The notes: generated by a model not told the origin, from the sequence alone. A DNA stretch of 59,095 bases from Candidatus Nanohaloarchaea archaeon (GCA_046497485.1 JAWOFP010000045.1:1-59095), one strand, 5' to 3'. Positions 1-10,241 are shown, counted from the first letter of the stretch. Numbers and translations: made by a program.

Positions 1-222
1 AGCGCTAATATTTCCGGTGAGAAGACGAGTTACTCGGTTGATGATATTTCGGAAGAGTTACTGGATAAAGTTGATTTTGTGTTGGATAAAGGACGGCTTC
101 CTAGAGGTCCGACTTCTACTATCGTTGAAATTAGGGACGGTGAGGTTTTTATTCACAGAGATGGACCTATTTCACAGGAAGAGGTAGAGAAAGTTTTAGA
201 TGATAGAGGTATTCACAGCTGA
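1..222 (+). CDS. C-terminal fragment of a YrdC/Sua5-family L-threonylcarbamoyladenylate synthase (5' end lies outside the window)
   Basis: Frame 1 is open from base 1 to the TGA at 220-222. The translation SANISGEKTS...LPRGPTSTIVEIRDGEVFIHRDGPIS carries the SANxSG and (T)STIV motifs typical of YrdC/Sua5. Confidence 0.7.
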   Translation, partial: SANISGEKTSYSVDDISEELLDKVDFVLDKGRLPRGPTSTIVEIRDGEVFIHRDGPISQEEVEKVLDDRGIHS

Positions 223-1876
223 CCTGGCATTAATCATAGTCACAGCCACTTTGCTCGCCTTTTTAGCTAGAAAAACTGGGCAGCCAACGATAATTGCTTA
301 CATCGCGACAGGCCTTGTACTGGGGCCTGTAATGTTTGACTTGGTTGTGGAGTCAGAGATGACGCATCTAATGTCGGAGCTAGGCCTAGGATTTCTGCTG
401 TTTTTACTGGGTATAGAGATGAATTTGAAGGAATTAGAAGATCTTCTCAAACCTATCGCAAATATTGCAATATGGCAGACAGTGTTACAGACCGGGTTTG
501 CGTTTCTGATTCCGCTCCTTCTAGGATTCAGTTTCCTGGAGACATTGGTAATTGCATTATGTACTGTATTCGGCGCAACACCTGTAATCGTCAAACTTCT
601 GACAGATAAAGATGAGATTTCTTCTCTACCTGGAAGGATTGATGTTGGAGTGCTGATTCTGCAGGATATCTACCTAATCATAATTCTTGCACTGTTTTCC
701 GCAGATTCGTTGACAAGCGCATCACAGATCGGGTTTCAGCTTGTGAAGATTTTCTCATTAATAGGCCTTATAGGAGGTTTCTCGTATCTTTCAGCACAGT
801 ACTTCCTTCCGAAACTTTTCAAGAGGATAGCTGATAATAAGCATGCGTTCTTTGTACACGGAATAGCATGGGCGTTCCTGTTTATCTCCCTGGCTCTAGC
901 GCTCGACCTTTCTATAGAGGTTGGAGCATTTCTAGCAGGCCTAGGATTAGGTCAGATGCCTTATAGAAATGAGTTGAAGGAGCGTGTCAGGCCTTTGACA
1001 GACTTCTTTATAGTTATCTTCTTCTCAAGCATTGCCTTGACTTTGGAAACCTCAAATCTCTATGCTTACTGGCTTGAAGCAGTCGTGGCTTCAGTCCTGC
1101 TAATGATCGGGAATTTCATGATAATGTTCTACCTTATCAACAGGCTAGGCTTCGACGCAGAGACCAGTTTCCTCGGCTCAATCAACATGACACAGGTATC
1201 GGAGTTCTCACTTGTAGTAGGAGGTCTCGCAGTGACACAAGGCTACATTGGTAATGATATTTTGGGATACCTTTCTCTGATGGCGTTGATGACGATGACG
1301 GCCTCAACTTACCTGATAAACTACAATAGAGAAATCTTCGAGAAAGTAGAGCATTTACTTGAGAGATTTGACTCTGAATCAAACTATGAGGCCTCAAAGC
1401 TTGAGAATCACGCAGTCGTTGTAGGCTACGACAATCTTGCGATGAACGCAGTATCTGAACTTGAGAAGTTCTATGAGGATGTAGTAGTAGTCGATAGAAA
1501 CCCTGAAAATGTGGAAGAGCTTGAAAGCTCGGAGCATGAATATATCTATGGCGATATTACTCATGGCGAGGTCAGGAAAAACTCAGGCCTAAAGAGAGCT
1601 GACTTCGTGATATCGTTCGTACCTGATATGAATATTAATAAACAGATTTTGAGGTCCTCAAAGGAAGACGCAACTAGGATTTTGAAAGCACGGAACTTTG
1701 AAGAGGCCTCAGAGCTTTATGAACTGGGCGCTCATTATGTAATCATCAAAAATACTTTGTCGGGCGACAAACTTGGAGAACAGCTCAAGCTTTACTTTGA
1801 GGACCGTGATCTTTTCCTTGAAGAGGTAAAAGAAGAGCATAAAAAGATCCAGTGGAGGAACGACCGATGGAAATAA
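200..1876 (+). CDS. Kef-type monovalent cation:proton antiporter (CPA2) with a C-terminal TrkA-N/RCK domain
   Basis: 558 aa. The N-terminal ~380 aa are polytopic and hydrophobic (GLVLGP, ELGLGFLLFLLGIEM). The tail has a Rossmann-like VVVGYDNL...VVVDRNPE segment. Confidence 0.8.
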   Translation: MIEVFTADLALIIVTATLLAFLARKTGQPTIIAYIATGLVLGPVMFDLVVESEMTHLMSELGLGFLLFLLGIEMNLKELEDLLKPIANIAIWQTVLQTGFAFLIPLLLGFSFLETLVIALCTVFGATPVIVKLLTDKDEISSLPGRIDVGVLILQDIYLIIILALFSADSLTSASQIGFQLVKIFSLIGLIGGFSYLSAQYFLPKLFKRIADNKHAFFVHGIAWAFLFISLALALDLSIEVGAFLAGLGLGQMPYRNELKERVRPLTDFFIVIFFSSIALTLETSNLYAYWLEAVVASVLLMIGNFMIMFYLINRLGFDAETSFLGSINMTQVSEFSLVVGGLAVTQGYIGNDILGYLSLMALMTMTASTYLINYNREIFEKVEHLLERFDSESNYEASKLENHAVVVGYDNLAMNAVSELEKFYEDVVVVDRNPENVEELESSEHEYIYGDITHGEVRKNSGLKRADFVISFVPDMNINKQILRSSKEDATRILKARNFEEASELYELGAHYVIIKNTLSGDKLGEQLKLYFEDRDLFLEEVKEEHKKIQWRNDRWK

Positions 1877-3474
1877 TCTCAACGCTTACAGCCATATTCG
1901 TAGCAGCATCAGTTACACTGCTGATATTCGACAAGTTCAATCATCCCGCGATTCCCGCTTATATTATAGCAGGCCTAACAGTTGGATACTTCATAGATTC
2001 GCAGTCGTTAATGAATCTTGCACAGATAGGGATCGCGTTCCTAGTATTCATATTTGGGCTGAAATTTGATCCAAAAAGGCTGAAAGATGAAGCAAGAACA
2101 AGTCTGAACGCGACAACAGTCCAGATACTATTGACGAGCTTTATAGCCTACTCGGCCTCAGTATTTATAGGTTACAGCTCCTTCGACTCTGCAGTCTTCG
2201 CAATAGCAGCAGGCCTCAGCAGCTCCCTTATCGGATTAGAGCTTGCGGAAAAAGAGATACAGTTCGAACTACTTCACGGCAGAATCGCAGAATCAATGCA
2301 TATGATACAGGATATTATAGGTTTGCTAATTCTCGGAGTGATATTTGCATCCGGCATCGAAAACGCAGTATACTCTCTTGGAATAACAGTTGGGATGCTG
2401 GCCTTCGCATTAGTATTGAGAGAGTTCGCTTTCGACTTTATAGCAAAACAGGCAGATTTCAGCTCTGAACTAATGATGCTCTCAGGCCTCACAGCATTAG
2501 TAGGATTTATCTCGGTGACACAGTTCTTCGAAATCCCAATGGCTATAGGAGCATTCGCGGCAGGCCTCACGGCTGCAAAATTCCCTCACAACATGGAATT
2601 ACTGGATACAATGGGCTCGATCAAGGATTTCTTCTCAGCCGTGTTTTTCGTAGCGCTCGGAGCACTTGTAACATTCCCTACTCTAGGAGTCCTCAGCCTC
2701 GCAGCATTACTAGTATTCTTCACTTCCTTCGTAAATCCGTACGCATCTTACAAAGCACTTAAAATTCAAGGATATGATTCCAGAACTTCAATGCTTGCAT
2801 CATTCCCATTGGATCAAATAAGTGAGATAACATTAATTATAGCGATTCAGGCCTCAATCTTAGGGCTTTTATCTAATACGATGTTCCAGGCAGTTTTACT
2901 GGCAGGTGTTATGTCCATGATGATCTCATCATACACCAAAAAGTATGAAGAAGAGCTCTACCAAATGTTGAAGCCTGAAAAGAAAGCTGAAGATCCGTTA
3001 GACATTGAAGATCATGTAATCATCGTAGGCCACCATATTCAAGGCAAAAGAATACTAGAACATCTTCAGGAAGAAGGTGTCAAGGTCGCAGTCATCGACA
3101 ACGACCCAGAAAAAGTCTCAGAAACTGAAGAAAAAGGAGTTCCCGCAGTTTACGGCGATATCATGGATCAGGAAACCTGGATAGAAGCTAACTACACCGA
3201 AGCACAGCTAATAGTTTCAACTGTACCCTCCAAAAAAGTCTCGGAGAAAATACTGGACCTCGAAAAACCTGAAGACAAGATCGTAAGAGCTTCAGACCCA
3301 TGGGAAGCAGTAGAACACATGGAGAACGGTGCAATACATGCAGTAGTACCGGATATTGCAGCCTCAGAGCTCTTGATAGATCACATTGAAGGGGTCATGC
3401 ACCACGAAAACTACCGTGAAGAATTGCGGAGGAAAAGTCTTTTAGAAGTAAGAGAGTACCTTGAGAGCCGTTGA
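1852..3474 (+). CDS. Second CPA2 antiporter with an RCK domain, a tandem paralog of the previous gene (the start may be the ATG at 1867)
   Basis: 540 aa with the same architecture as the previous gene. The tail motifs are HVIIVGHHIQG...VAVIDNDPE. It overlaps the upstream stop. Confidence 0.8.
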   Translation: MEERPMEIISTLTAIFVAASVTLLIFDKFNHPAIPAYIIAGLTVGYFIDSQSLMNLAQIGIAFLVFIFGLKFDPKRLKDEARTSLNATTVQILLTSFIAYSASVFIGYSSFDSAVFAIAAGLSSSLIGLELAEKEIQFELLHGRIAESMHMIQDIIGLLILGVIFASGIENAVYSLGITVGMLAFALVLREFAFDFIAKQADFSSELMMLSGLTALVGFISVTQFFEIPMAIGAFAAGLTAAKFPHNMELLDTMGSIKDFFSAVFFVALGALVTFPTLGVLSLAALLVFFTSFVNPYASYKALKIQGYDSRTSMLASFPLDQISEITLIIAIQASILGLLSNTMFQAVLLAGVMSMMISSYTKKYEEELYQMLKPEKKAEDPLDIEDHVIIVGHHIQGKRILEHLQEEGVKVAVIDNDPEKVSETEEKGVPAVYGDIMDQETWIEANYTEAQLIVSTVPSKKVSEKILDLEKPEDKIVRASDPWEAVEHMENGAIHAVVPDIAASELLIDHIEGVMHHENYREELRRKSLLEVREYLESR

Positions 3475-3480
3475 ATAGAC

Positions 3481-4617
3481 TTAATCCGCAAGGCCTATAT
3501 CTTGTGCCAGGAATCTTATTCCTTGATCGTAGTCTTCCAAACTGTAGTGCTCCGGATTCTTCCCCATCTCCATCGCCAGGTCAAGGCCTCTCTGTGAGAT
3601 CTCATCCAAGCCTCCTTCATCTTCTAGGAGATCTTCAAAAGTCACGCCTATATCAAATAATCTCGAGCCTATGTAGTTTCCGACCGAATGATTGTAATCA
3701 GTGCTCATATTATCCAGTTCTCCGGACTGTATCCTTGCCGAGAAATGATCTGGATTTGAGGTCGCGATCTCCTCCAGATCAGAATGCGGAGGAATTCCCT
3801 GTCCAATCTGCATACGCGTTCTCTTGGCCAGCAGACGACTCCTCAAATCTTTCATAATCCATACAGAGTTCTCCTCTATAGTATCTCTAACCGTTTCAAG
3901 ATCTCGATCACTGCTATACGGGCTCTCCAGTTCTATTTCAAGGTAATCTTCCACAGTATCCTGGAAAACATCTTCCCTCTCTGTGTTCGAACGTTTACGT
4001 TCCCACCATGTATTGTAGAATATCTCAGCGATATCTTCCTTATCCTCATTCCACAGCTCTCCGACCTCTCTTCTCAACACATCGTACTCCCTGATACTAT
4101 CAGGAGACTCAAAATAAGTCAGTCCGTCGCTTTCCTCCTTCATACTCGAAACACTGCCAACAGGCTCTGACCGCGTAAAATCATCGAAGGCCTGTAAATG
4201 AGGTTTCACCGCAGCCAGAGGATTCCGGGAAAAGGTCTCCTCTTCACCTACAAAACTTCTGGCAACATTCTCGGCGAAAACCTCCTGCACCAGTACATCA
4301 AAATCATCATTACGATTCAAACTGCCTCTAACAGTTATCCTCCCTTCATTATCGAAATCTAAATCTACATCAGGGAACTCATCTCTCAGAACCTGATAAA
4401 AGACATCATGACCGATCTCATGCGCTGTAACATACTCGCTCTCATCACCCAAGCCTATAACTATACTATCGCCGTCTCTACCAGTGTAAACTCCACCGTC
4501 ATTGTCAGCAGGATAAACAACAACCTCATCCGCATCAACATCTAGACGATCCGACACCCCATCCACAAAATCACTCAAAGACTGGCTAGGAGGCCTGTTC
4601 TTAAACCGAGTATGCAT
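3481..4617 (-). CDS. Hypothetical acidic protein with an HEXXH motif, a putative zinc metallopeptidase
   Basis: 378-aa ORF with an acidic composition like its neighbours. The motif is VTAHEIGHDVF. I recognised no other family. Confidence 0.5.
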   Translation of the reverse strand: MHTRFKNRPPSQSLSDFVDGVSDRLDVDADEVVVYPADNDGGVYTGRDGDSIVIGLGDESEYVTAHEIGHDVFYQVLRDEFPDVDLDFDNEGRITVRGSLNRNDDFDVLVQEVFAENVARSFVGEEETFSRNPLAAVKPHLQAFDDFTRSEPVGSVSSMKEESDGLTYFESPDSIREYDVLRREVGELWNEDKEDIAEIFYNTWWERKRSNTEREDVFQDTVEDYLEIELESPYSSDRDLETVRDTIEENSVWIMKDLRSRLLAKRTRMQIGQGIPPHSDLEEIATSNPDHFSARIQSGELDNMSTDYNHSVGNYIGSRLFDIGVTFEDLLEDEGGLDEISQRGLDLAMEMGKNPEHYSLEDYDQGIRFLAQDIGLAD

Positions 4618-4737
4618 AATAACTGAATCTTTGAAGCAATACTCATAAAACAGCTTTGGAAATTTTCTGACTCTCCAATCACAAATATCTTTTTTGATGC
4701 AAAAACGCTTTTAGAAATAAACCCAGAAAAAACATCT

Positions 4738-5301
4738 ATGAACATTAAGGGCGCAGAAGCAGAAGTCGAAATAAAAAAAGATGAAGTAATCAAAACGAGG
4801 CCTCAGAAAAAATATCGGCATTCAGAACTTGATAACAGAATCAGGAAACAGAGAACTCAGACAGAGTTTTCCTCAATGCAGAAGGCGCGTAGAAACAATG
4901 TAAATGTCCCGAAAGTGGAGAAAGACTCAGACTATATATTGAAAATGGAGAAGATCGATGGAAAGACTCTGGAAGAAGATTTCAAAGTTGAGAAAATGGT
5001 TGAAGTTGGAGAAAATATTCAGAAGCTTCACGAAGCAGGCCTGATCCACGGCGACCTAACGACCAAAAACATTATGTCGAACGGCGAAGTAACCCTAATC
5101 GACTTCGGGCTTTCAGAAGACTCTAAAGGCGTGGAGGATAGAGCAGTCGATCTGCATCTTCTAAAACAGATCCTGGAGAGCTCGCATCCTGAACATTTCG
5201 AGGAGGCCTGGGAAAACTTCCTAGAAAATTACAGGCCTGAATTTAGAGAAAAAGTCCTGGAAAGACTACAAGAAGTAGAGGAAAGGGGCCGTTACAAGTG
5301 A
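4738..5301 (+). CDS. bud32: Bud32/PRPK-type small kinase (KEOPS complex subunit)
   Basis: 187 aa with GAEAEV, KKYRHSELDNRIRKQRTQTE, IHGDLTTKNIM and LIDFGLS, which are typical Bud32 motifs. Confidence 0.8.
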   Translation: MNIKGAEAEVEIKKDEVIKTRPQKKYRHSELDNRIRKQRTQTEFSSMQKARRNNVNVPKVEKDSDYILKMEKIDGKTLEEDFKVEKMVEVGENIQKLHEAGLIHGDLTTKNIMSNGEVTLIDFGLSEDSKGVEDRAVDLHLLKQILESSHPEHFEEAWENFLENYRPEFREKVLERLQEVEERGRYK

Positions 5302-6206
5302 AAGAAAAAGTTTCTGAAATTTGTCTAAAATATTTAGATTCAGAGCCTTCGGAAGTCGAGGAGATTGAAGGAGGCCTTAACAGCCATACTTACAGAGTTT
5401 CAGTGGAAGACTCGGATTATATTATTCAGGTTGGTGAGGCTTCTGAACCTCATGAATTGAAAAACTGCGTGAAATCATTTGAATTTTTGAAAGAGTCTGA
5501 TGTTCCGGTACCTGAAGTTGTCTCAGGGCTGAAAGAACATGAATCGCTGTATTTTACTATTGTAGAATTTATCGAAGGGGAAACATTGGGAGAGGATTTC
5601 ACGGGTTCAGAGGCAGAAAAGGCAGGAAAAATTTTAGCCAAGATACACAGCTTCCGGGAATTTGATGAAGCAGGATGGATCGAATGGAAAGAAAACGAAC
5701 CCGAAGTTACCGGATTTGATGAAGATTCTCTAAAGAATAGGATAAGACAGTTGATGGAAGAGCGAGCAGAATTATTTGAAGAAAGAGGCCTTGATGAATT
5801 AGCTAAAGTCGCAAATCAGTTCTCAAACAAATATTATCAGAGAATTCCGGAAAACTTCAGGCCTGTATTTGTCCACCATGATTTTAACCCTGGGAATATA
5901 CTTGCAAAAGATGGAGAGATAACTGCTGTACTTGACTTAGATTACGCACACTCCAGCCATCCGCAGAGAGATTTAGCCAAGGCCTCCAACAAGTTCTGGC
6001 TTAGAGGCGGAGATAGAGAGGATTTTTACCGTGGATACAAGCAGGTAAGAGAGATAGATGAATCCTATTCGGAAAATGAGCCATTGTTCCAGCTTGAGTC
6101 TCTACTAGATGAGATAGCCGCCATGCTAGACCATGAACATATAACAGAAGAACAAGCCAGAAGTTACTTAGATGAAATTCAAAGACTAGAATCAGAACTT
6201 AACTAG
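5298..6206 (+). CDS. Aminoglycoside/choline-kinase (APH) family phosphotransferase
   Basis: 302 aa with a GTG start overlapping the upstream stop. It has the catalytic HHDFNPGNIL and VLDLDYA motifs. Confidence 0.65.
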   Translation: MKEKVSEICLKYLDSEPSEVEEIEGGLNSHTYRVSVEDSDYIIQVGEASEPHELKNCVKSFEFLKESDVPVPEVVSGLKEHESLYFTIVEFIEGETLGEDFTGSEAEKAGKILAKIHSFREFDEAGWIEWKENEPEVTGFDEDSLKNRIRQLMEERAELFEERGLDELAKVANQFSNKYYQRIPENFRPVFVHHDFNPGNILAKDGEITAVLDLDYAHSSHPQRDLAKASNKFWLRGGDREDFYRGYKQVREIDESYSENEPLFQLESLLDEIAAMLDHEHITEEQARSYLDEIQRLESELN

Positions 6207-6212
6207 AACATT

Positions 6213-6701
6213 ATGAAATATTTGATTCCTGCAATTATGACTTTAGCGATCTTATTTTCGGGACAGGCTTTATCGACTCAGGAAGAAGTTGAACTAGTAG
6301 AGGTGATGGACGGCGACACTATCAATGTGGAAAATGATACTATCAGGTTTATCGGAATCGATACTCCTGAAATTTCTTCTGAAAACAATCCAGCGGAATA
6401 CGGTTTTGAGAACAGGACAGAGACTAGAGAATGCCTCAACCGTTACGGAGAAAAGGCCTCAAACTATGTGAAAAACTCCACATCAGAAAAAGTAGGGCTT
6501 GTCAATGACATCAGATCAGACGACAGAGGAACCTATGGTCGAAGGCTTTCCTATATCCAGACTGAAGGAGACCTGAACAGAAAACTGATTGTCAAAGGCC
6601 TTGCGCAGGTTTATCGCTCCGATTTTTCGAGGAAGAATGAGTTCTATTTCTGGGAGTATGTCGCAAAGAAAAATGATCGAGGCCTCTGGAGCTGCTCCTG
6701 A
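6213..6701 (+). CDS. Secreted staphylococcal-nuclease (SNase/thermonuclease) homolog
   Basis: 162 aa with an N-terminal signal-like hydrophobic segment, followed by VMDGDTINVENDTIRFIGIDTPE and a GRRLSY-type motif. Confidence 0.75.
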   Translation: MKYLIPAIMTLAILFSGQALSTQEEVELVEVMDGDTINVENDTIRFIGIDTPEISSENNPAEYGFENRTETRECLNRYGEKASNYVKNSTSEKVGLVNDIRSDDRGTYGRRLSYIQTEGDLNRKLIVKGLAQVYRSDFSRKNEFYFWEYVAKKNDRGLWSCS

Positions 6702-6787
6702 TATAAAAAATTTTGTTCCAAGTGTTGAAGTTAGAGCGGTGAAGTCCGAGAGGCTTAGCCGTGTCGGCAATTAAAAGTGATAACATA

Positions 6788-7213
6788 ATGGCAAAAATGC
6801 ATTCTGATGGAAATGGAAGTTCTGGAAGCAAAAAACCTTTAGAAGAATCTAAGCCTGACTGGGTAGACTACGATGAAGAAGAAGTCACCGAGCTAGTGCT
6901 TAAACTGAGAGACGAAGGCCTACAACCAGCTCAAATCGGTTTAAGGCTGAGAGATCAGTACGGCATCCCAAGTGTAGAACAGATCACTGATAAGTCTGTT
7001 ACTGAGATTCTTGAGGACAACGATGCTTCTCTTGAACTACCTGAAGACCTTCAGAACCTTCTAAACAAAGCTGAAGATATTGAAGAACATATTGAAGACA
7101 ATCCTGAAGACGCACAGGCAGAGAGAAGACTAGAGCTAACAAAGGCAAAGATCCGTAGAATCGCTGCATACCACAGAGATAACGGAAACATTGATCAGTC
7201 CTGGAAGTACTGA
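6788..7213 (+). CDS. rps15: 30S ribosomal protein uS15 (S15P/S13e)
   Basis: It has MAKMHS...GSSGSKKP at the N-terminus, LRLRDQYGIPSV, and a C-terminal KIRRIAAYHR...WKY. The ORF track starts at 6761, but the ATG at 6788 fits the family N-terminus. Confidence 0.85.
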   Translation: MAKMHSDGNGSSGSKKPLEESKPDWVDYDEEEVTELVLKLRDEGLQPAQIGLRLRDQYGIPSVEQITDKSVTEILEDNDASLELPEDLQNLLNKAEDIEEHIEDNPEDAQAERRLELTKAKIRRIAAYHRDNGNIDQSWKY

Positions 7214-7220
7214 ATAATAC

Positions 7221-8579
7221 ATGTCAGGCCTAGAACAACTTCGAGAGAAAGCAGGCGAAGCAGCAAAGCAGATTCAGGAATTCGACGGAAAAATCCGATT
7301 AGTCGGACAGTACGACGCAGACGGAATCTCGGCAACAGCTATAGCTCATCAAATGCTTGAAAGAGCAGATAAAGATTTTGAATATGAAATTCTGAGGCAG
7401 CTCTACGAAGAAGATGTGGAAAGACTGGCTGAAGAAGACGAAGGCATGATTATCTTCGTCGATATCGGTTCAGGAAAGGCCTCAGACATTGAAAGAATTC
7501 TAGCAGATGAAAAAGAGATAGTAGTTTCTGATCACCACGAACCTTCAGAGGAAGGCTCATTCATGCATATGAACCCTCATTTCTTGGGGATTGACGGCGG
7601 AGAAGCAATTTCAGCAGCAGGAATGACATTTATTCTTGCTCATGAATACGATAAAGATAATATTGACTTAGTTGAATGGGCCTTGATCGGAGCGACTGGT
7701 GACATGCAGAAGCAGGAAGGCCAGTTCATGGGACTCAACCAAGAACTTGTAGAACTGGCGCTTGAAAATGATATAGTCGAAAAGAGACGAGGCCTAGATC
7801 TTTATGGTAGAAGCACTAAGCCGCTCAAAGACTCTCTGAAATACACCACAGATCCTCATCTTGAAGGAATCTCCAATGATGAGATGGGAGCAGTCCAGTT
7901 CGTAAAGTCTCAAGGAGTAGAGATAAGGAAAAACGGGGACTTCAGAACCTTAAGCGACTTAACACCTGAAGAAGAGAAAAAATTGATTAATGGATTGATT
8001 AAGACAGGCAGGCCTGTACAGCCATTACTTAACGATATCTATACTCTTGAGAACGGCTATGAAATCGGAGAGTTCTCAACAGTGATTAACGCTTGCGGAA
8101 GACTGGGCAGAGCAAAGGACGGTGTCAAGATTCTAGTCGAACAGGACTTAGATCTTGCGAAGACAGTTTCCCGAGCTTACGGCAGAAAGATCAGCGAATC
8201 ACTAAGATTTGTTGAAAATAATAGAGATAACGAAGAATATATCTACGAAGACACTATCGGAGTAATCGACGCGGAAGACAATATTCAGGACGACTTCATA
8301 GGAACTGTTACAACAATTAGCATGTCAAACGGATTTTTCGAATCCAATATAGTAATGGGCGCAGCACACTCAGGAAAAGACGAGATAAAAGTCTCTTCTA
8401 GAGCAACAAAAGAACTAGTGGAAGAAGGCCTCAACCTTGGAGAAATCATAGGAGAAATATGCGAAGAGCTTGAAGGGGAAGGAGGAGGCCATAATGTAGC
8501 AGCAGGAGCTAAGATCCCGCGTGAGAATAAAGATGAATTTATTGAGATGTTAAAGGAAAGAATCAGTCAAGAGGCTTAA
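7221..8579 (+). CDS. Archaeal RecJ-like DHH/DHHA1 phosphoesterase
   Basis: 452 aa with the DHH motif (VVSDHHEP) and the DHHA1 motif GGGHNVAAGA. The S15-RecJ-like adjacency is conserved in archaea. Confidence 0.8.
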   Translation: MSGLEQLREKAGEAAKQIQEFDGKIRLVGQYDADGISATAIAHQMLERADKDFEYEILRQLYEEDVERLAEEDEGMIIFVDIGSGKASDIERILADEKEIVVSDHHEPSEEGSFMHMNPHFLGIDGGEAISAAGMTFILAHEYDKDNIDLVEWALIGATGDMQKQEGQFMGLNQELVELALENDIVEKRRGLDLYGRSTKPLKDSLKYTTDPHLEGISNDEMGAVQFVKSQGVEIRKNGDFRTLSDLTPEEEKKLINGLIKTGRPVQPLLNDIYTLENGYEIGEFSTVINACGRLGRAKDGVKILVEQDLDLAKTVSRAYGRKISESLRFVENNRDNEEYIYEDTIGVIDAEDNIQDDFIGTVTTISMSNGFFESNIVMGAAHSGKDEIKVSSRATKELVEEGLNLGEIIGEICEELEGEGGGHNVAAGAKIPRENKDEFIEMLKERISQEA

Positions 8580-9328
8580 CTGTAAAGATTTTCAACAGCA
8601 TCATCAACTAGCTCTCTGGTCCGTTTCTCTGAAAGTTCTGGTAGACTCTCTACTTTGAGGCCTTTGTTCTCTATTATCCAGCGGAAGATTTCAAAGGATG
8701 CAGGATAACCTTCAGCGTCCTGCGATTCATCGCCACCTTGGTCAAAGAAACTGCTTCCTGTCCTATCTTTCTCTAGTTCCTTCTTCAGTTTCTTGTAGTC
8801 GAAACTGTTTCCTAAAGTTCTGTAATCTGGCCGCCAGCCGTACCCTTTCACTTCATCTACTTTCTTCGCTGAGTTCGTTGAATGACCCTCGAAAAGCACA
8901 CTGTTGTAGTTGGAACCGTTCAAACGTTTCGCAAGCTCCTCATCACTGTAGTGATTGTAGAACTCGATGTGCGAGCCTTCGTGAACTGCCAGATTTTTCA
9001 AAGCCTCTCTCCAGTCATTTTTCGAGTCGTTAGCGTACAGGAATATGAAGTCCCTGTCAAAATCATCGAACCAAGAGCCGAAGGTGAACCCATAGACATG
9101 AAAATTAGTATCAGCACCCTCACCCCATTTATCTTTGATCTTCTCCGGATCAGAAAGACCGAAAACTACCTCTATATCAGTACCTCTACCGAGAACCTCT
9201 TCCGCATCCTCCAAGGCCTTTTCTATAGTTTCCCTGTATTTCCCGACGTTCTTTGGAGCCACAAGAACCTCCTCAAAACTATCCCATAGATAGTCATCCT
9301 CTCTAGGATTGTAAGTTTTGAATTCCAT
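8576..9328 (-). CDS. Hypothetical protein with an HEXXH motif, a putative metallopeptidase-like protein
   Basis: Motif AVHEGSHIEF. I chose the start at MEFKTYNP (ATG at 9328). The longer ORF to 9487 would run through the rps3ae promoter and start codon. Confidence 0.5.
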   Translation of the reverse strand: MEFKTYNPREDDYLWDSFEEVLVAPKNVGKYRETIEKALEDAEEVLGRGTDIEVVFGLSDPEKIKDKWGEGADTNFHVYGFTFGSWFDDFDRDFIFLYANDSKNDWREALKNLAVHEGSHIEFYNHYSDEELAKRLNGSNYNSVLFEGHSTNSAKKVDEVKGYGWRPDYRTLGNSFDYKKLKKELEKDRTGSSFFDQGGDESQDAEGYPASFEIFRWIIENKGLKVESLPELSEKRTRELVDDAVENLYS

Positions 9329-9383
9329 AAGAAAAGGTTCTAAAATTAGTTTTTTGTAAACTTGGCTTGAATAAGTATCATTG

Positions 9384-9395
9384 TTTATAAAGTTT
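9384..9395 (+). promoter_or_regulatory. TATA-box-like element TTTATAAAGTTT upstream of rps3ae; the spacing suggests a leaderless or very short-leader mRNA
   Basis: An AT-rich box is centred about 25 nt upstream of the ATG at 9414. It is related to the TTTAAAGTTT boxes elsewhere in the window. Confidence 0.35.
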
Positions 9396-9413
9396 TGACT
9401 TTGAACTTTAGGT

Positions 9414-9965
9414 ATGGCTAAAGCGGTATTGCAGAAAAACTGGTATGAGGTACAGGCACCGGATATTTTCGATGAAGACACTGTCACTGAAACACCTGCA
9501 GAGAAAGATTCTCAGGTAGTCGGAAGAACAGTTAAGGAAGGCCTGAATGACCTACTTGAACAGTCAGATAAATACTACGCAGATGTAACCCTGAAAGTAA
9601 CAGATGTTGAAGGAAACAAGGCATTCACAAGAATTCAGGAAATGAGTGTATCATCAGAGTTCGTATCAAGAATGATTAGAACTGAGACTGATAGATTTGA
9701 CTTAGTTGAAGACTATGAAACTTCTGATGGAGAAACCGTCAGAGTAAAGGTAGTCGGTTCAACACTTAGAAAGGCCTCAGGGAAAGCTCACAAAGCCGCT
9801 AGAAGAGAGATCTCAGAAGTAATCGAAGAGAACGCTTCCAACCAGACATACGAAGAATTCATGGAGAATATCTTCACTGACAAAGTTCAGGAAGAGTTCA
9901 GAGAGCGAGCTGAGAAAGTCTACCCGTTCAGACAGTTAGAGATTAGGAAGACTGAGCTCAGATAA
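9414..9965 (+). CDS. rps3ae: 30S ribosomal protein eS1 (S3Ae)
   Basis: 183 aa with the family signature KNWYEVQAPDIF near the N-terminus. Confidence 0.85.
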   Translation: MAKAVLQKNWYEVQAPDIFDEDTVTETPAEKDSQVVGRTVKEGLNDLLEQSDKYYADVTLKVTDVEGNKAFTRIQEMSVSSEFVSRMIRTETDRFDLVEDYETSDGETVRVKVVGSTLRKASGKAHKAARREISEVIEENASNQTYEEFMENIFTDKVQEEFRERAEKVYPFRQLEIRKTELR

Positions 9966-10050
9966 AAAACCCTTATTTTTCTCTAATTTAGTTTCACTAT
10001 TTGATTTTACTTAATTTCCTAAGTTTTCAGGCCTTTTCTAAGGTTCTGTG

Positions 10051-10060
10051 TTTAAAGTTT
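10051..10060 (+). promoter_or_regulatory. TATA-box-like TTTAAAGTTT upstream of tRNA-Lys
   Basis: The exact 10-mer lies ~30-38 nt upstream of the mature tRNA 5' end. The same 10-mer recurs upstream of rpoH, tuf and tRNA-Ser. Confidence 0.35.
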
Positions 10061-10088
10061 TACTATCTAAACTTCTATTACTAGGCTG

Positions 10089-10162
10089 GGGCCCGTAGCT
10101 CAGTCTGGCAGAGCACCAGGCTCTTAACCTGGTAGTCGCGGGTTCAAATCCCGTCGGGCCCA
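10089..10162 (+). tRNA. tRNA-Lys (anticodon CUU)
   Basis: The cloverleaf folds by eye. The acceptor is GGGCCCG/CGGGCCC. The anticodon stem is CCAGG/CCTGG with loop CTCTTAA. The T arm is GCGGG-TTCAAAT-CCCGT. There is no intron and no encoded CCA. Confidence 0.9.
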
Positions 10163-10172
10163 TCTATTCAAT

Positions 10173-10178
10173 TTTTTC
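10173..10178 (+). terminator. Oligo-T tract, a candidate archaeal terminator after tRNA-Lys
   Basis: TTTTTT lies 11 nt downstream of the tRNA 3' end. Confidence 0.3.
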
Positions 10179-10241
10179 TCCATCACTAATTGAACAGATT
10201 GACCAAAGGAAACAAAACTAGGCCTTCACAAATACTTGATT

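Noticed and set aside
3471-4170. Two 128-aa plus-strand ORFs (3471-3857 and 3784-4170) opposite the 378-aa minus-strand ORF
   Set aside because: The minus-strand ORF is three times longer, is acidic like its neighbours and carries an HEXXH motif. The plus-strand ORFs are Ser/Pro/Leu-rich shadow frames.
8576-9487. Full-length 303-aa version of the minus-strand ORF extending to 9487
   Set aside because: The first 53 codons overlap the rps3ae start codon and its TATA-like box and encode a non-acidic, Cys/Phe-rich peptide. The internal start at 9328 (MEFKTYNP) is more plausible.
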